From Bugula neritina (lineage: Eukaryota > Animalia > Bryozoa): a stretch of DNA of 64,000 nt. The first letter of the stretch is position 1. Each line of letters starts with the position of its first letter. The stretch is taken from assembly GCA_964035545.1 (NCBI GenBank), contig OZ037766.1:16606722-16670721 (forward strand). Reading direction: 5' to 3'. Positions 34,420-48,600 of the stretch are shown here, piece by piece. Both the position numbers and the translations under genes were made by a program. Below the pieces are notes generated by a model, which had not been told where the DNA came from, made no database searches, and saw only the letters and a program-made list of their open reading frames with translations.

Positions 34420-36110
34420 CTATAATGCTATTATAATATAATTAATATAAATATAACTATAACTATAAGCAATAAGGATGTAAAGATTACTATTAGTGTT
34501 AGTATTAGTTATACTTATAATAATAGCAATACTCAATTTATACCAGTTATAGAAGTAATGATCTAATAGGTAGTAATAATACTAATGATACTAAAAGTAC
34601 TGCTAATACTCTTTTTCTGAAAGTTAATACAGTAATAGCAATCATAATCTTAATAGTAATATTTTAGATTACTACCAATAAAGTAATATTTATACGAATA
34701 GTTATAGTATTAACTACTACCAATATTAATTGCAATAGACAATCATAATAGACACAGTAATACTTATACTATTAGTATAACATTTACTTTTACTAATGGT
34801 ACTACTAGTAATAGTAATTGATTAGTAATGGCTAAGTAATGCTTTAATATCAATGGCAATATTCATAATTATATAGTAATAGTCATAGTGAGCCATGAAT
34901 GAAACATATCCTAAATCTCATACAGTCATGGTCACTCATTATCATAGTGATAGTAATACTAATAGTTATTCATATTAACATTCATGATAATTTCATATTG
35001 ATATTCACATTAAGTTCAGCATTAAATGTGACATTGGCACGTTTTGATTGTGATACAATAATAAATGTATGGTATTGGTATAACAGTAGCTGCATGTGTA
35101 TCATTTTCACTTTCAGTATAATTATTCTTGCTTTTATAATTATACTCAGTATGGCTAACATTCACTATAAACCATTACTCTATAGAGTCAAACTACAACT
35201 ATAAGTACAACTCAGTATGAGTATTGCTATTAGTAAAGTATTAGTATCAGCATGCCGTAGGCGTAGAAATAAAAAGCAATAAAAATATAAATTATAATAA
35301 TACAATGTCAGTATTATAAATTAATATTAATTAATAATTATAAATTAGAATATTAATATCACCAATTATTAATTACAATCACAATTATTATCAATATGAA
35401 TATGACAATTAATATGAATATCAAATCAATTACTTTAATTTTAATGAATTATGAGTTTATCATTATGAATATTTTTCAGACAATCACAATGTGAATGTCA
35501 ACATGAGTTTCAAATTTAATACACACAGTGATAGTGATACTAGTACTGAGTATTAGTATTACTAATAGTAATAGTAATACTACTAGTCTAATACTAATAG
35601 ACATACTCATAGTGATAGTATTACTATTAGTTGTACTTATAGAGTTATACTTATGACTTATAAGTTATACTTATATTTTTAGTTATAGTCATACTGATAC
35701 TCATACTTATACCAGTTATAGTGATACTGATAATGATACTGATAGTGATAGTCATACTCATAGTAATAGTGAACAATTATACTTATACTTATAGTTATAG
35801 GCTTATACTTATAGTTATAGCCATAGTCATACTCATACTCATAGTGATTGTGAAACTGAATGAGATTGAGAATACCAGAATACCAGAATAGTGAATGGTT
35901 ATACTTATAGTGAATGTAATACTAATTATAGTGAGTTACTGTTAGTGTTAGTCATTCGATTTTGTGATTTGTCAAACCTAAACAGTAAACACTAAAACAG
36001 TAAACTTTAAGTTAATACTAATAGTAATACTAATACTTATAGTAATAGCTAGTGCTACAACTAGTGAACTACAAGTCTAGGAAATACTCAATAGTCATAG
36101 TGTTACTAGT
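34420..36110. repeat. Degenerate hexamer-periodic low-complexity tract (A-S-T-N-A-T)n in the probable first intron of TESK
   Basis: 35681-35850 parses as AGTTAT AGTCAT ACTGAT ACTCAT ACTTAT ... AGTGAT ACTGAT ... AGTCAT ACTCAT AGTAAT. Confidence 0.85.
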
Positions 36111-36166
36111 ATGAACATGAATATATCTAAAACAACTCAAATAATCCTTAATACCAAATAACTTAC

Positions 36167-36370
36167 AGCCTCAACCTTGTTGCTTTAATATCAACATGTT
36201 CATATTGACTGCTGCTACAGCAGCACAAATGCGGTATTTATGTACACCAGTACTCCAGAGGTTTTCAGAGCTGTTCTATTATTACTATTAGTACGAAGCA
36301 TAAGCCATTTGCAGACGAGTTGCTGCACATTTTGATTGGTCCTTTTAAGATCGTTACCTGATTGGTTAAC
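36167..36370 (-). promoter_or_regulatory. Probable TESK non-coding first exon and promoter with two CCAAT boxes
   Basis: Minus-strand donor GTAAGT at 36166 can pair with the acceptor at 34294-34295. ATTGG (CCAAT on minus) occurs at ~36336 and ~36361, 25 bp apart. Confidence 0.5.
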
Positions 36371-36599
36371 TATTAGCAATAATGGTTTTTCCATTGCCCA
36401 CTATCCATCTAGCATACTGTGTTTTGTAGTATAAAATTAAATATATGCAATACAGTCCTATATTATAGCTGAATGAAAATAAATTTACATAAGTAGTAAA
36501 ATTTGGTAAGGCAGAGTCGATACTTGACTTTTTTTAAACATAATTCTTCACCTACCTCTTAATTGAGTCCGTAACATTACTTACATTAGCAAACTAACT

Positions 36600-37578
36600 T
36601 TGTTATCTATATCAACGACTTACCACTAGGTATCGACTCGCAGATCCGATTGTTTGCAGATGATGCATTGCTTTTCAATGTCAGAGAAAATAAAAATCAG
36701 CTACAACAAGATCTAAACACCGTGGAGAAATGGTCCCATACCTGGCAGATGTGTTTTAATGCAGCCAAATGCTCAGTTATATCAGTTGGTGAAAAAAATT
36801 CTGATATAATATATACTTTGAATAATACTAGATTAAGTAACGTAGAATCACATCCATATTTAGGTATTGAATTTAGTTATGACATGAAGTGGACCAATCA
36901 TATAAAAAAAATAATAACCAATGCCTATAAAAACCTGGGAATGATAAAAAGAGTACTAAAATCTGCAGACACAAAAACTAAGCTTGTTGCATATTACAGT
37001 TTAGTGAGGTCAAAGTTGGAATATGGTTGTCAGGTGTGGGATCCTGTTTTTAAAAAAGATATTAAAATTATTGAAAAAGTTCAAAATAAAGCATTGTGTT
37101 TTATTTTTTCTATAAGATCACAAGTAAGCTACAGTAATCTACGAGAAGCCACAGGAATTAAATCCATGAAAGACCGTCGAAAAGAATTGCGGCAAAAACT
37201 ATTTTTCAAATGTATAGAAAATAATTTAATAAATCAAGGATATGTTGCTCCACAACCTCCAATTAATACCAGACAACACTCGAAGTTTTTCTTGCCTGCA
37301 ATATCTTCAAAAGTATATTTTCACTCTTTTTATCCCCGAACTACTAGGGAGTTGAGAGATGGAATTTAGACTAGAGTGTTGGTTTTTAAATGTTTTTTAC
37401 TTACATTTTACTACGAAACTCTATAACTAAAGAAAAATAAAATAAATGAACGATATAATATAAAAAAGAATATATACGTATTATATGCATATAATTATTA
37501 TGTATATGCATATATCGAGTTCCCATGCATTCACCCTCCAGGGGTTCTTAGTGGGAAACTCCCCCAAACTGAAAACTG
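36600..37578 (+). mobile_element. 5'-truncated young CR1/L2-type LINE with an intact RT C-terminal half and a 9-bp TSD
   Basis: Open frame YINDLP..IRLFADD...FYPRTTRELRDGI. 3' stem GAGTTCCCA...TGGGAAACTC and AAACTG tail repeats. AAACTAACT at 36591-36599 and 37579-37587. Confidence 0.9.
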
Positions 37579-38109
37579 AAACTAACTAGTTTTTTAAGGT
37601 TTAGTTTGAAAAATATAATATTATCATTTATTTGCGTTTATTGCACACATTTTATGCACTGGGAGAGTCGCTAAGTTCTAACGATTAGACTTTAGAGTCA
37701 ACATGTGTATACTTTTATTTGTTGTGCCCTGGTCGCTGTATACTGTATAGTGTATAGGTTAGCGATGAAGAACTAGCATGTGGTTTTATTTACGAAATGC
37801 GGACTTTGTCGCTTTAGCAGATTTGTTCAGCCAATCAAACTGATCAGTAACTCGCACACAGATAGAAACATCTCTCGTTCTAACTAGAATTCTTAGGAAA
37901 ATGTTACGGCGCTTCTATAATAGAGTGGAGTTGTCACCTCTAATGACTTACGAATGGTGTGAGCACCACTGAATGCATTCAGTTTCTTATTCCATTTCAG
38001 TGGGGCGGCAATGTTTTACATCTTCATAATGATCATGCCTGCAAATTCAGGCGGAAATTTCTATGCATATATAATAAACGAGCAAATTTGACATAATTAT
38101 TTTAATAGT

Positions 38110-38640
38110 AACGCTAGTAGTAGTATTCTGTTACCCTTACAGTTACTGTGTTAGTATTACTATAACTATTGCTATTGCCATTGGACTTGGAGTTGGTATT
38201 ACATTTACTACTATTACTATTAGTTACTATTAGTATTACTATAACTATTACTATTAGTATTACTATTACTATTAGTATTACTATAAGTATAAGCATAAGT
38301 ATAACTATTACTATTAGTATTACTATTAGTATTAGACATTATAGTGATTATACACTTACAGTCATTACTCATTACTCATTAGACTTAGTATTACTAAGGT
38401 TAAGTAATACTAAATCTAATACTAATAGTATTACTATTACTATTACTATTAGTATTACTATTAGTATTAGTATTAGCTTAAGCTTAACCTTTGCAATAGC
38501 CAATACTAATCATAATGTTCAATAGTTTTACTTATAGTAATACTAATAGCAATAGTAATTGGTATTAAACTCAGTATTACTATTAGTATTAGTATTTAGT
38601 AAATACTAATAGTACTAGTACTACCAGTACTGAGTACCTC
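38110..38640. repeat. Same hexamer lattice, mostly in the reverse orientation (ATT ACT ATT AGT)
   Basis: ATTACT/ATTAGT/ATAACT/ATAAGT units; these produce the spurious ITISITI ORF. Confidence 0.85.
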
Positions 38641-38849
38641 TATTATGTCTAGTTCTACTGTCACACTCACTGGGAATAAAAGTATGACAATCAGTACCAC
38701 AATGACAAGGTCAATGGTAGTGTTGTTACTGATTATCTTTATGAGTAATCATTATCATGGTATTGCCATTGGTTGCATTTACTTTTAGTTTACTATTGTC
38801 ATTGCCCATTGACATTGTGACTGTAAGTTAATATCAGTATCACTATCAG

Positions 38850-40770
38850 TGTGCTCACCTCTCATCCTAAGGGATGCGCAGACATGCTCAATCATCATTT
38901 TCACAGACAGTTCGCCACAGGTCATCAACTATTCATACATAGCTCTAGCATCCACACCGGAGTTCCTGATTTATTTGCCTATAGAGTAGCGAAAAGGAAG
39001 GTGTCCGGTAAAAATAGAACAGGTAATAATGGCGCAAATGGCCAATTAGGTAAAAATGGCACATTTTTATTATTAGGATTTACAAAGGGAGGTTTAGGTT
39101 TGAGAATGGGGTTTAAGTTTCAAATTGGGGTTTTCAGGTTTAGGGTCTGGTTTGGGAACTTGAGAAAATTCAACATCAGTGTACCATTTTTATCTACTTT
39201 ACCATTTTTGGCGTTATTACCTGCGTCATTTTTACCGATGCCATTTTTATCTAAAATCGAAAAGGATGCAAAACATGAAAAATACGGACAGACTCCAGGA
39301 TGGCCTCAGCTCTTCACAAGTCAGGGGTCGCGGACAATGTCAACAACTATCGACCCATTTCACTGACAAATGTTCCTTGTACAATGTTGGAGCATTTTGT
39401 ATTGAGAAACCTGTTGAAAAAATTGACAACGAGCTAAATAGTAGGCAGCATGGTTTAGGAGTGGCCTCTTTTGTGAAACACAAATCTGTGCAACTGTGCA
39501 CTATATACTCCACTCTACAAATACACTCCAAACTCGTCAGCTGTTCTGAACTTCACTAAAGCATTTGATGGAGTGCCTCATGCCCTTCTAATGAAATAGC
39601 TTTCAGAGATTGCAGATATGCATGAATACACCCTTCACTGGATAAATAGCTTCCTAACCAATCGTACACAGAGAGTGGCTTTGCAAAGTCACATCTCATA
39701 TTCGTTGCCAGTTACCTCAGGTGTGTCGCAATGATCAGTTTGGGGACCAATACTCTTTATCATTTTTATTAATGACCTACCTGACTGTTTTGATTGCTCA
39801 TGTGCTTTGTTTGCTGATGACACCCTTGTCTACCAGGAGGGCTTCAATTGGTGACGGCAGCAGGTTCCAGCAAAATCTAGATTCTCTTGGTGCGTGGTCA
39901 GAGAAGTGGGGTATGTCATTCAACATATCTAAGAAGAAAAATAAAAACTCTGTAGGATATACTCCCAACTACACATTGAATGGATCAGTGCTAGATCATG
40001 CAGACTTTACAAAATACTTGGGTATCACACTGCAATCGGAGTGCAGGTTCAACAAACATATATCAAATAAAATACTATATACTAGAAGACAATGGGGTAG
40101 GATTAAAAGAGCTCTCTACTGAAACCCTGAACGGGCACTATTGATTTCATACAAAGCATTGTGTCTACCACATCCTGCTACTCGAACTGGGCAAAGCGGC
40201 GAATAGGTGGGAAAAATTGTGTCTACCACACCTTAAGTATGCCAATGCAGCTGGAGACCCAACCTGCAAAAATGATATTTCTGCCTTAAAAAGATACAAG
40301 TGGATACAGTGCAATTCAAAACCAATGTTGAAAGCCGTGAAGATGTCGAAAGTGCCATAAAAAACTCTGCTTACAGCCCCTTGAATAAAGAAGGATAACC
40401 AGGCGTATTGATCTCCTTATCATGATTCTGGCAAAAAACATCTGGTTCTCAGCTCTGCCCATGGTGGCCTGCTGAACAAACCAACAAACAGCACTATACA
40501 TCCTCACTCCCAAGCAAGAGGACAGCCCCGTTCAGTGGGTGCTAATAATACCAAATATCTGAACAGTTTTCTCTCAAAGACTATCTAGGATCTGAAAATT
40601 GATCACAATCGGAGACCTCCACATAGACATGATTAAGTTCCTGTTTAATCAATACAGCTCAACCAGTACTAACCGTATGACTATGGACCAATAACTGTCC
40701 AACATATGACCCATATGTGGCACACTCTTTCCTTCCTCTAGGGTGCAGTTCAGTGTAATGATCACTTCGA
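38850..40770 (+). mobile_element. Degenerate CR1/L2-type LINE (same family as 19190-20470) containing nested insertions
   Basis: Broken RT motifs (FTKAFD.VPH, FINDLPD..LFADD, KYLGITL, IKRALY) and a shared 3' UTR. Confidence 0.85.
38999..39258. mobile_element. Small fold-back non-autonomous DNA element with an 8-9 bp TSD
   Basis: Arms are built from inverted GGTAAAAATGGCAC-like units around a GGTTTAGG-rich centre. (C)GAAAAGGA is duplicated at 38991-38998 and 39259-39266. Confidence 0.7.
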
Positions 40771-40904
40771 GTAAGTTTGAGTAATAATAATCGTGAAAAT
40801 AATCGATGATGAATGATATAAGTCATCGACAAGTTTACCCTGTTTTTCAATATCAATATCATTATGATCATAATTTGAATTAATATTTTTAGTATTATAA
40901 TATG

Positions 40905-41075
40905 TTAAGTAAACACAATGTCATGGGTTCAATCCCTGACAAAGGCCATTGGTGATGTTAGGAAGAGCATCCAGTCATAATTGCTCATGTGCCCCATTTA
41001 AATAAGTCCTTAGCCCGCTTTAACATAAACCCTTTCCACCAGGGGTTTCTCACAGGGATAGCGACTATAAACTTG
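40905..41075 (+). mobile_element. Degenerate tRNA-derived SINE
   Basis: Pol III B box GGTTCAATCCC (~40926) followed by GGAAGAGCATCCAG, which resembles the RTE-derived body motif GGAAGGGCATCC of bipartite SINEs. No A box is recognisable. Confidence 0.5.
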
Positions 41076-42672
41076 CATGAGTTGTTTTATAGTCGCGGTG
41101 ATTGTACTGATATTACACATTGCTGTTTTCATTCACTGATTTAGCCATTTACTAATAGTAATTAACTTAATTTTAGTTTTGACTTATATAAAATTGAAAT
41201 AATTTATTTTCATGCTGTTGACTGTGAGTTTGACTGTGTGAGTAAGTTTGACTTTCACTTTGAGCTTAAGTGGTATACCTTATTATTGAGTTTATTATGC
41301 TGCCATAGTGATTTATTAAGTAAATTACGATTGTTGTTGCTAATAGTATCGGTGACACAAAGTCCTAAATTTAATTTACATAATGATATTTATATTGATA
41401 TTACTTTAATGTTCGATAAATTTAAATTTACGATACTGATGGAGTAAATGCTAATCTTATATTGATTTTTATAAAATAAATTAAAAAAATACATGCTACC
41501 AATACAATATAACTTTCACACTAATCCGATCACTTGCAGTATTTGCTTGCATAGCAACTGAGTGTAAACTGGCTTATATCTTGACCATGACTACTGCATT
41601 ATGACTTCCAAACTAATCCAGGGCAGATATGACTGAAAATATAGCTGACTAACAGTCCACAGTACACCAGAGCATTGGCCTAAACTTGTCTTATATAGTG
41701 TAGTGCTTTTTCAGAAATCTAACATTTTATTAGTATTATACTTCCAATAATTTTTTAGGGGTTGTCTGCTAGTTTGATGGATAAGCCATAAGGTTAAGCT
41801 TACTTCAACTGGCACTGCTATGTGTGTAGGTGCTGTTGCTGTAATAAATGTTGGTTAAAAAATTTAGCCCTTGATAATTTTTGTGAAACTAAGTCGTATT
41901 AGGTAATAGGTACAGTATTTAGTGCCAATATCTAAGTTATTTACTAATGTTTTGTGTGTTCAGTGTGGTTAGAGATTCTGTACTGCAAAAATTACCAAAT
42001 AGTAAATATTATCATAATTACATATATTTGTTTTTTCATATATGCATGTTCAATTTATAATATGAAATTGATCCCTTCACTCTAATAACAATAACGTAAT
42101 AAGTTGAACTTGGTACAACAGGTTAAGTTAAAATTTACAAAATTATCAAACCCTGTTAACACCTACAAAGAAGCTACTTATGATAATAATTTAGTACCAA
42201 AAACCTGGAAGCAAACTATCTTTATGCCATAAACATTAGATGCTTGCTTCATGTTTAAAACTGTGAAAAAAGGCAAAGCTTGTTAAATTATGTGCTAAAA
42301 GTTTTGAATATGTAAACTATACTAAGTTTAAAAGATGCGGGGTGTGAGTTGTCTAAAATAATGCATTTAAACGTAGAAAGTTAATAAGACAAAGAGAAGT
42401 TCACCAGCGAGCATATTTTATCAAGATTGAACATAGTAATGTAGAAGGCATGAATAAACTAGTGGGTGTGGGCGCAGGGTCACCAAGACCTCTTCACACC
42501 CAAGTTCGTTTAAGAAGGCATCCAGCAACAATAGCCAGGTGCCAAATTCTAATGTGGCTACTAGTGCTACTGCTACTACTGCTAGTACTACTTGTTGTAA
42601 CACTTTGCTCATACAACTATACTGTCTTTCTAGAATATTGTGTTCTCCCGTACACATAGCTGTGCTATTGCT

Positions 42673-45600
42673 ATGTCACAGAATCTTAACTTTGGTAAGT
42701 GCATGTAATCATCTTAACCTTGTCATAGTTAATTTATGTTATTTTCATAATTAAGTTTATAATCCTTTATTTATATATTTTCATTTACTGTAGACTTGCA
42801 GTCACATGCATTTTTTATATTGTCAAATGTTATAAACTTGGTTGAGCTTTTCCTATTTGGTTACAGCATCATTAATAAGAATTACATATATATTTCTAGA
42901 TTTTTCTACATTCAATAAAAGGTATTTATAAAATAAGTTATTTTTTTCATAATTTTCAATGCTTATTGATAACTTCTATTGCTTTATTCAATATTTTGTT
43001 TCTTTAATTATAGTACCACATTAAGATATTTTAATTTTTTATGAGTAGAATGATGATGCCTAATTTTTGTATATTGAATCAATAAGTTTGGAGATGTGCA
43101 ACATAGTAATACAGAACTTTTGTAGATTTGAGTTGCTAATTGTTAATAGTTGTATAGGGTATATATGGTTTAACTATCTTTGCTCTCTTATGCTGTTCAG
43201 GTGAAGGCTTTCCTCTAGCAAGTAATAGCAACACTAACCACAAGGGCACTCAGCAATGGCAAAGGGGTTCTTCATCGAAGTTGAGTGTTGAGGAGCAATG
43301 GAAAAGGCAGCAACTGTGGTTAGAACAGCAAAAGAATCGGCAACAAAATTTGGAAACGGATGCTGTTCAACCTTTGCGGGATAAAGAAATGGAGAAATCC
43401 AGATGGGATCAAACTGAATCCCAGAGATGGAATGTTGCATCACCCTGGCACCAGATGAGTTCTCAACCAATGCAAAATTTCTCTGGATCCTTCTCCCAAA
43501 GCATAAAACACCCATTACGGCACGAAAGTCGGTTTCAGGAAAAGTTTGATTCACCAATTTTATCAATGCAAAGGTAAACTGAAGGCATTAAATTTATTGA
43601 AATAGCATAGGAGGTAAATAGTTCCCAATCAAAGTTGAATTTTTCCTCTTTCAGTTGCATAGCAATGGAAATTTGGAATAGCTCATCACACGATAGCATG
43701 TCTATTCTGAAAGTAATTCTGAAAACTTCACTATAATCATAAGTATTTCAAGATTTACAAGTGTAATCATTTTGGCTTATTGCTTCATTTTCAAGAAAGG
43801 GACACATATAACATTATTGATAATTTTCAATATTTATATAAATACATATAGATCTTATTCTCTATTATATGGCTTCAACTTATTGGGTTTGGCAGTAGTT
43901 ACCTCATTTATTTTAGGCACATGAATGAGTCTCAAAGAAATCATATCCAAGGCAAGCAAATTGTAAGTTGTTAAAACTGTAATCTCTTTGGCTTACTTCA
44001 CTGATAATTCTATGTGTATTGTGTACATTGTAAAGAATTATTACAATATGTATTTTATATACTAGGTTTTCTGTGCTTTGTTAATAAAAAGTACTTTGAA
44101 AAAATAAGGCAACTATATAATTATAATGAATAAGTTTTACTGTGCACATAACATGTTGGCTAATTGAGTCGTATAGAGAGAATAAAAACGGTATTTACCT
44201 AAAATGCATGGGCTGTTTAACTTCAAGTTTTCCATAGCTTTTTCTTTGAAAAGTTGTATAGCCTATAATACTACAGCAACTGCTTTGTAATTGGAAATGC
44301 TAGTAGTGGAAAAGCTATCTCAATGAAGACAATTCTCCAAATGAACTGATGATTGGAGTTGAGCATGTTGTATTGTCTTTCCTGGTTTTTTATATGTATA
44401 TTTTTAGTTTACAAGAAACTCGGCTGATGAAGGTGTCGTTTCAACTTTCTTTACTGGAAAAGGTATTTATTACATTTTTTTATTTTTGCAATTGAATATA
44501 TTTTGCCCAAATTCTGGTTATGCTCCAGGCTCCAGCTTACACAAGTGCTTAGCTGGGATTTAAGTTTTGTTTGAAGGTATTTTAGAAGTTTTAATCAAAG
44601 TTGTCAACAGAGTTTACTAAATTTTTTATACCCTTTAATTTTCTTTTTAGTGAAATTATAGCTAATACTTAACATTTGAAAGGGTGTGTAAAAAGTTTGA
44701 GATGTTGAAATATTTTAGTATGCAATTGTGAAAACTAAAGGGCTTACTACACTTTTTGTTGGGACATTACAGGAGTCGGGAATGCTTTTCTCTAATTCAT
44801 TATAGCTTTTCATGTATCATCACAACTATGCCAGCTATATTATGCTTTTTCTACATTTTCTACACCTAACTTTTTGACGGGTATAAAAACCCAGCATTTT
44901 CACTTATCTTTACACTTGCAACTTGCAACTACACTTATAACTTATGTAACGGTTTTTCACATTGCTATTTTCTTTCAGTCTGCGGCAATAAATATATATA
45001 CTAAAAACACAACAGTTTTGCTTTCATTAGAGTGTCTTAGACTCCAAACTTTTAGATTCTCTAGTTGATTATCTCATTGCTGTGCTATGCATTTTGTTAA
45101 CTTGTTTTCGGCCAATATGTAAATAATGCAGTTAATTTATGTTGCACTTCCATCAAACTATTGATTTTCTTTGGGCAAACTTACATTGTTGAATATACAT
45201 AATGCATTTGCTATTATATATTGTGTATTTATTGAGACAATTTGTTCCAGATATCTATCATTTCAGCTGAAATGCTCACCAGTGCAATTGTCAATTCTGT
45301 TGCAGCTAATACATCCGCCACCTCTTTTGAAGCTCCTAGTGCTATGAATAACGTGCCAGCTCCGTTATCTGATACTTACAACCCTGCTGCTCATGCTTCA
45401 ACTACTCTGACTCAGGTCAGGCATACTCGAATCAAACCTGTTAGTAATTTGACTCACTCAGTCACAAATATGGAATCTCCAAAGCAATTGAAGCATACTT
45501 CTACTGATGCCAATCATGGTGATGGCTGCTCTAGTGTTGCCATGGCTACTAAAGACTCTTTTATTACTACTAAAGTTGAAGAGGGGTATTCTGATTGTTC

Positions 45601-48600
45601 AATAGACTCTAAAGTTAAATCTAGAGTTTTACCAGTTCAATCAGTCTTGCCTCTAGAGATGTCATACAATAATGAAATTGAAACGAATCATTTTTTATCT
45701 ACCACAACTGAAAATTCTGCTATGGATGTGCAAGATCTCAACGTGGCGTCTATTCCATTACCACCTACTACTCGACCCTCTGCTCAGCTGGTACATGCAG
45801 ACGAACCAGCTATGAAATCCCAGTCATTTGGTGCCTTAACTGTAGACTCTGTTCGTGGCTGTAAGTCAACTAAACCAGTCACTCAAGCAGTTCTTGTGCA
45901 GGCAGTATTGCCAAGTCTGGCTGGCATCACAAGGGTACAACCAACAACACCTTCTACAACTGTAGTTACTAAACAGAAGAACAAAACTTCCAAAACAGAT
46001 AATTGCGGTGATTTGGAGCTGAAGCTAGTAATTTGGGAGTCATACAAGAAATACTTTGCTTATGTAAGTCAGAATTAACTTTCAGGGTTAGCCTTTTTGT
46101 TTTTAAAATATCTTCAATTGATGCTTCTAATTCCCAATCAAAATTTCAAATTTATAGTAAATCTTCATTCATCTGCAAAACTTCAGAAAATATTAGCCAG
46201 CAGTTTGTAGGTAGCTAAGACAGTGCAAAACTGTTCTTGAAAAGTTTTATTCAAACTTGTTTACACAAGCTTTATGAAAGTGATCAAATTTTCAATGTGG
46301 TTAGAATACGTTAGAATACTTTTATGGTGCAAATATTTTTATCTGCTTCCTAACAAACTGACTTTCGGTTGCCTCACCAAAACTTATATCGTACACCATC
46401 ATTAGTCTGCTAACAGATCTTTTAGATTGATGTTATCAATTTTTTGTTGTAATTTTTCAGTTTATTCAGCATGATGTTAGTTAATCTGTACTACAATGGC
46501 ACATCATTGATATAATGATATTATTCTCAATGTATTGCTTCCTGCTCTACTGTTTTTGGTTGACTATCATATTTTTAAACAATTTAATTTTAGATACCCC
46601 TGGAAAAAGCAGAGGATTACTTCATGGGGAAGCTATACAAGATTATAACCTGCCGTTTAAACCCTGCAAAATTTCAGCATTCTGAAATTTTGAGTTGTTC
46701 GGTAAATTAGTACAGAATGAAATGAAAACTTGGTGACATTTTTATTGGTTTAAAGATTCACAAAGTTTGAGATAAAGTTTGTTTTTTTGCAGTTTTAATA
46801 ATATTTTATATATTATGTTTCTTCATAAATTTGGTTATTGTTAAGAAGCTTTTGCACTTAGGTTGAGGCTAATGTTAAAATTCTGTGAAGAACAAATTTT
46901 TTACCTAAAACAAAACGTTGGCATATTCCTAGTGTGGTATTTCCTTTTATTATATTTTAGGTCTGCAAAGTAAAGATTTGGACGCTTGATGTGTATTTTT
47001 GGCATATCGAAACTCTTTCACATATGAAGGTATATTTTTTCACACTTGCTTACATCCCTCCTGTCAACAATTGCTTGCAGCATTATGCAAGCAATTGAAA
47101 GACTTAAGATGTATTTTAGCTTGTAATTGACTTTGCTTTGACAAAATCAATTCAAATCTTCTGTTGAAAGCAAGCATAACTTTTCATCATCATTTTGGTT
47201 GAGTGAACAATGAAAATATCCAGTAATAGTTTCGCCAACAGTAATTATTTCTTGTCTAAACAGCAAAGTTAGAAACATAAGTTTATTTCATTTTTTTTTT
47301 CAAAGCAATGTTGAATAAAAACTATGATATTTAATAAAATGGTATGAAAATTGGAGGGATTTAATCTATAATAGTAGTTATTACAATCAAATTAATATTA
47401 TTCCCCTTAACAATTAGCTCAAACTTCTGTTGCAAGAATTCATATGCATAAATTTGCAATTTTATATAGAAAATGATAAGTAGTTTTAGTTTCAATTTAT
47501 ATCAATTAACAATTTTTGTTGTATTTTACTCTTGTATATCAACATTCTGTTTGTGAATTTTCCAGAACGTTAGAGACAAGCTAGTTTCTGAACAAAAGTT
47601 TGGGTTAAAAGTAAGTTTTTTATTTTTATGGCTTTATTTGGAGATCAATGCTAAGATTAATTTAATTGTAGTTTTTATTGTGTTCTTTGGTTGTCTTATT
47701 TTTACATAAGAATAATTTTTATGCCACTCTAAATAATTCAACTACATCTAGGGATGGCATTTTAAGATTGTATTGAGTATAGATTCAGATCAATTATCAT
47801 GTTCAACTTCAAAAGTATGAGTGTGACATTCTAATATACAACTGTTATTTCAAAATACACCTGAATTAGTGTTTTATGATTGCTTATTGCACAGTATATT
47901 ACTTGTTATAGGATCTCAGGCTTTATGCTATGGACAGAAGAGGGTTTTGTGAGGTTTGTATCCTATTACTGTGTGTGTGTGTGCATACTCATGCATATAT
48001 AATTTTTTTAAATTACTGAGATAATGGCCTTTTAGCAGTGACTTGTTGCATAGATAATGGTTGCATAGGGCTACATATGTCAATATGTATGTTGCATGCA
48101 TGCTGTAGATTTTTTCTAAATCAAAAGTGGAAAATATGTGATAGTATCTAATGATTTAGGTATGTAGTATAATGTTATTGGTAACGTATAATTGCTTTTA
48201 TAGCTTTGTGTTGATACAAGTTGGGACACATCTTGTACAGATCATGTGAAATCTGAGGCTCATAGTCAACGAAGGACGGTTTGTCTAGTACTTCACTGAA
48301 GTTATCATCAATATGATTTTATTTTATTCTCTCTACAGAAACATAAATCTTAAGACAATTACTAGAATTAATATTTATTGTTTTCAAATTTTGGTAGACA
48401 CACAAACTCTCATTAAAAGTATTGTCAATATGTTTTGTAGAAAATAAAAAAGTTTATAGCTAAAGCAGCAGAGCCGTTCAGTGGTAAGTTGTTAATAATG
48501 AGAATAGTAGATTATTTTATTCTATGTGAAAAACATTTAATGATTTTTAACTTTTTAAATTGGTTTGATTTTAACTTTACAAGTCTTTTTAATCTTGTAA

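Noticed and set aside
35681-35850. Possible CRISPR-like or spacer array
   Set aside because: The context is eukaryotic, the period is 6 bp, and there are no fixed repeats with unique spacers or cas genes.
38114-38525. ORFs of ITISITI / LIVIVIL type (also 17482-17709, 18741-18923, 34899-35204)
   Set aside because: These are translations of the hexamer low-complexity tracts, with no splice or domain support.
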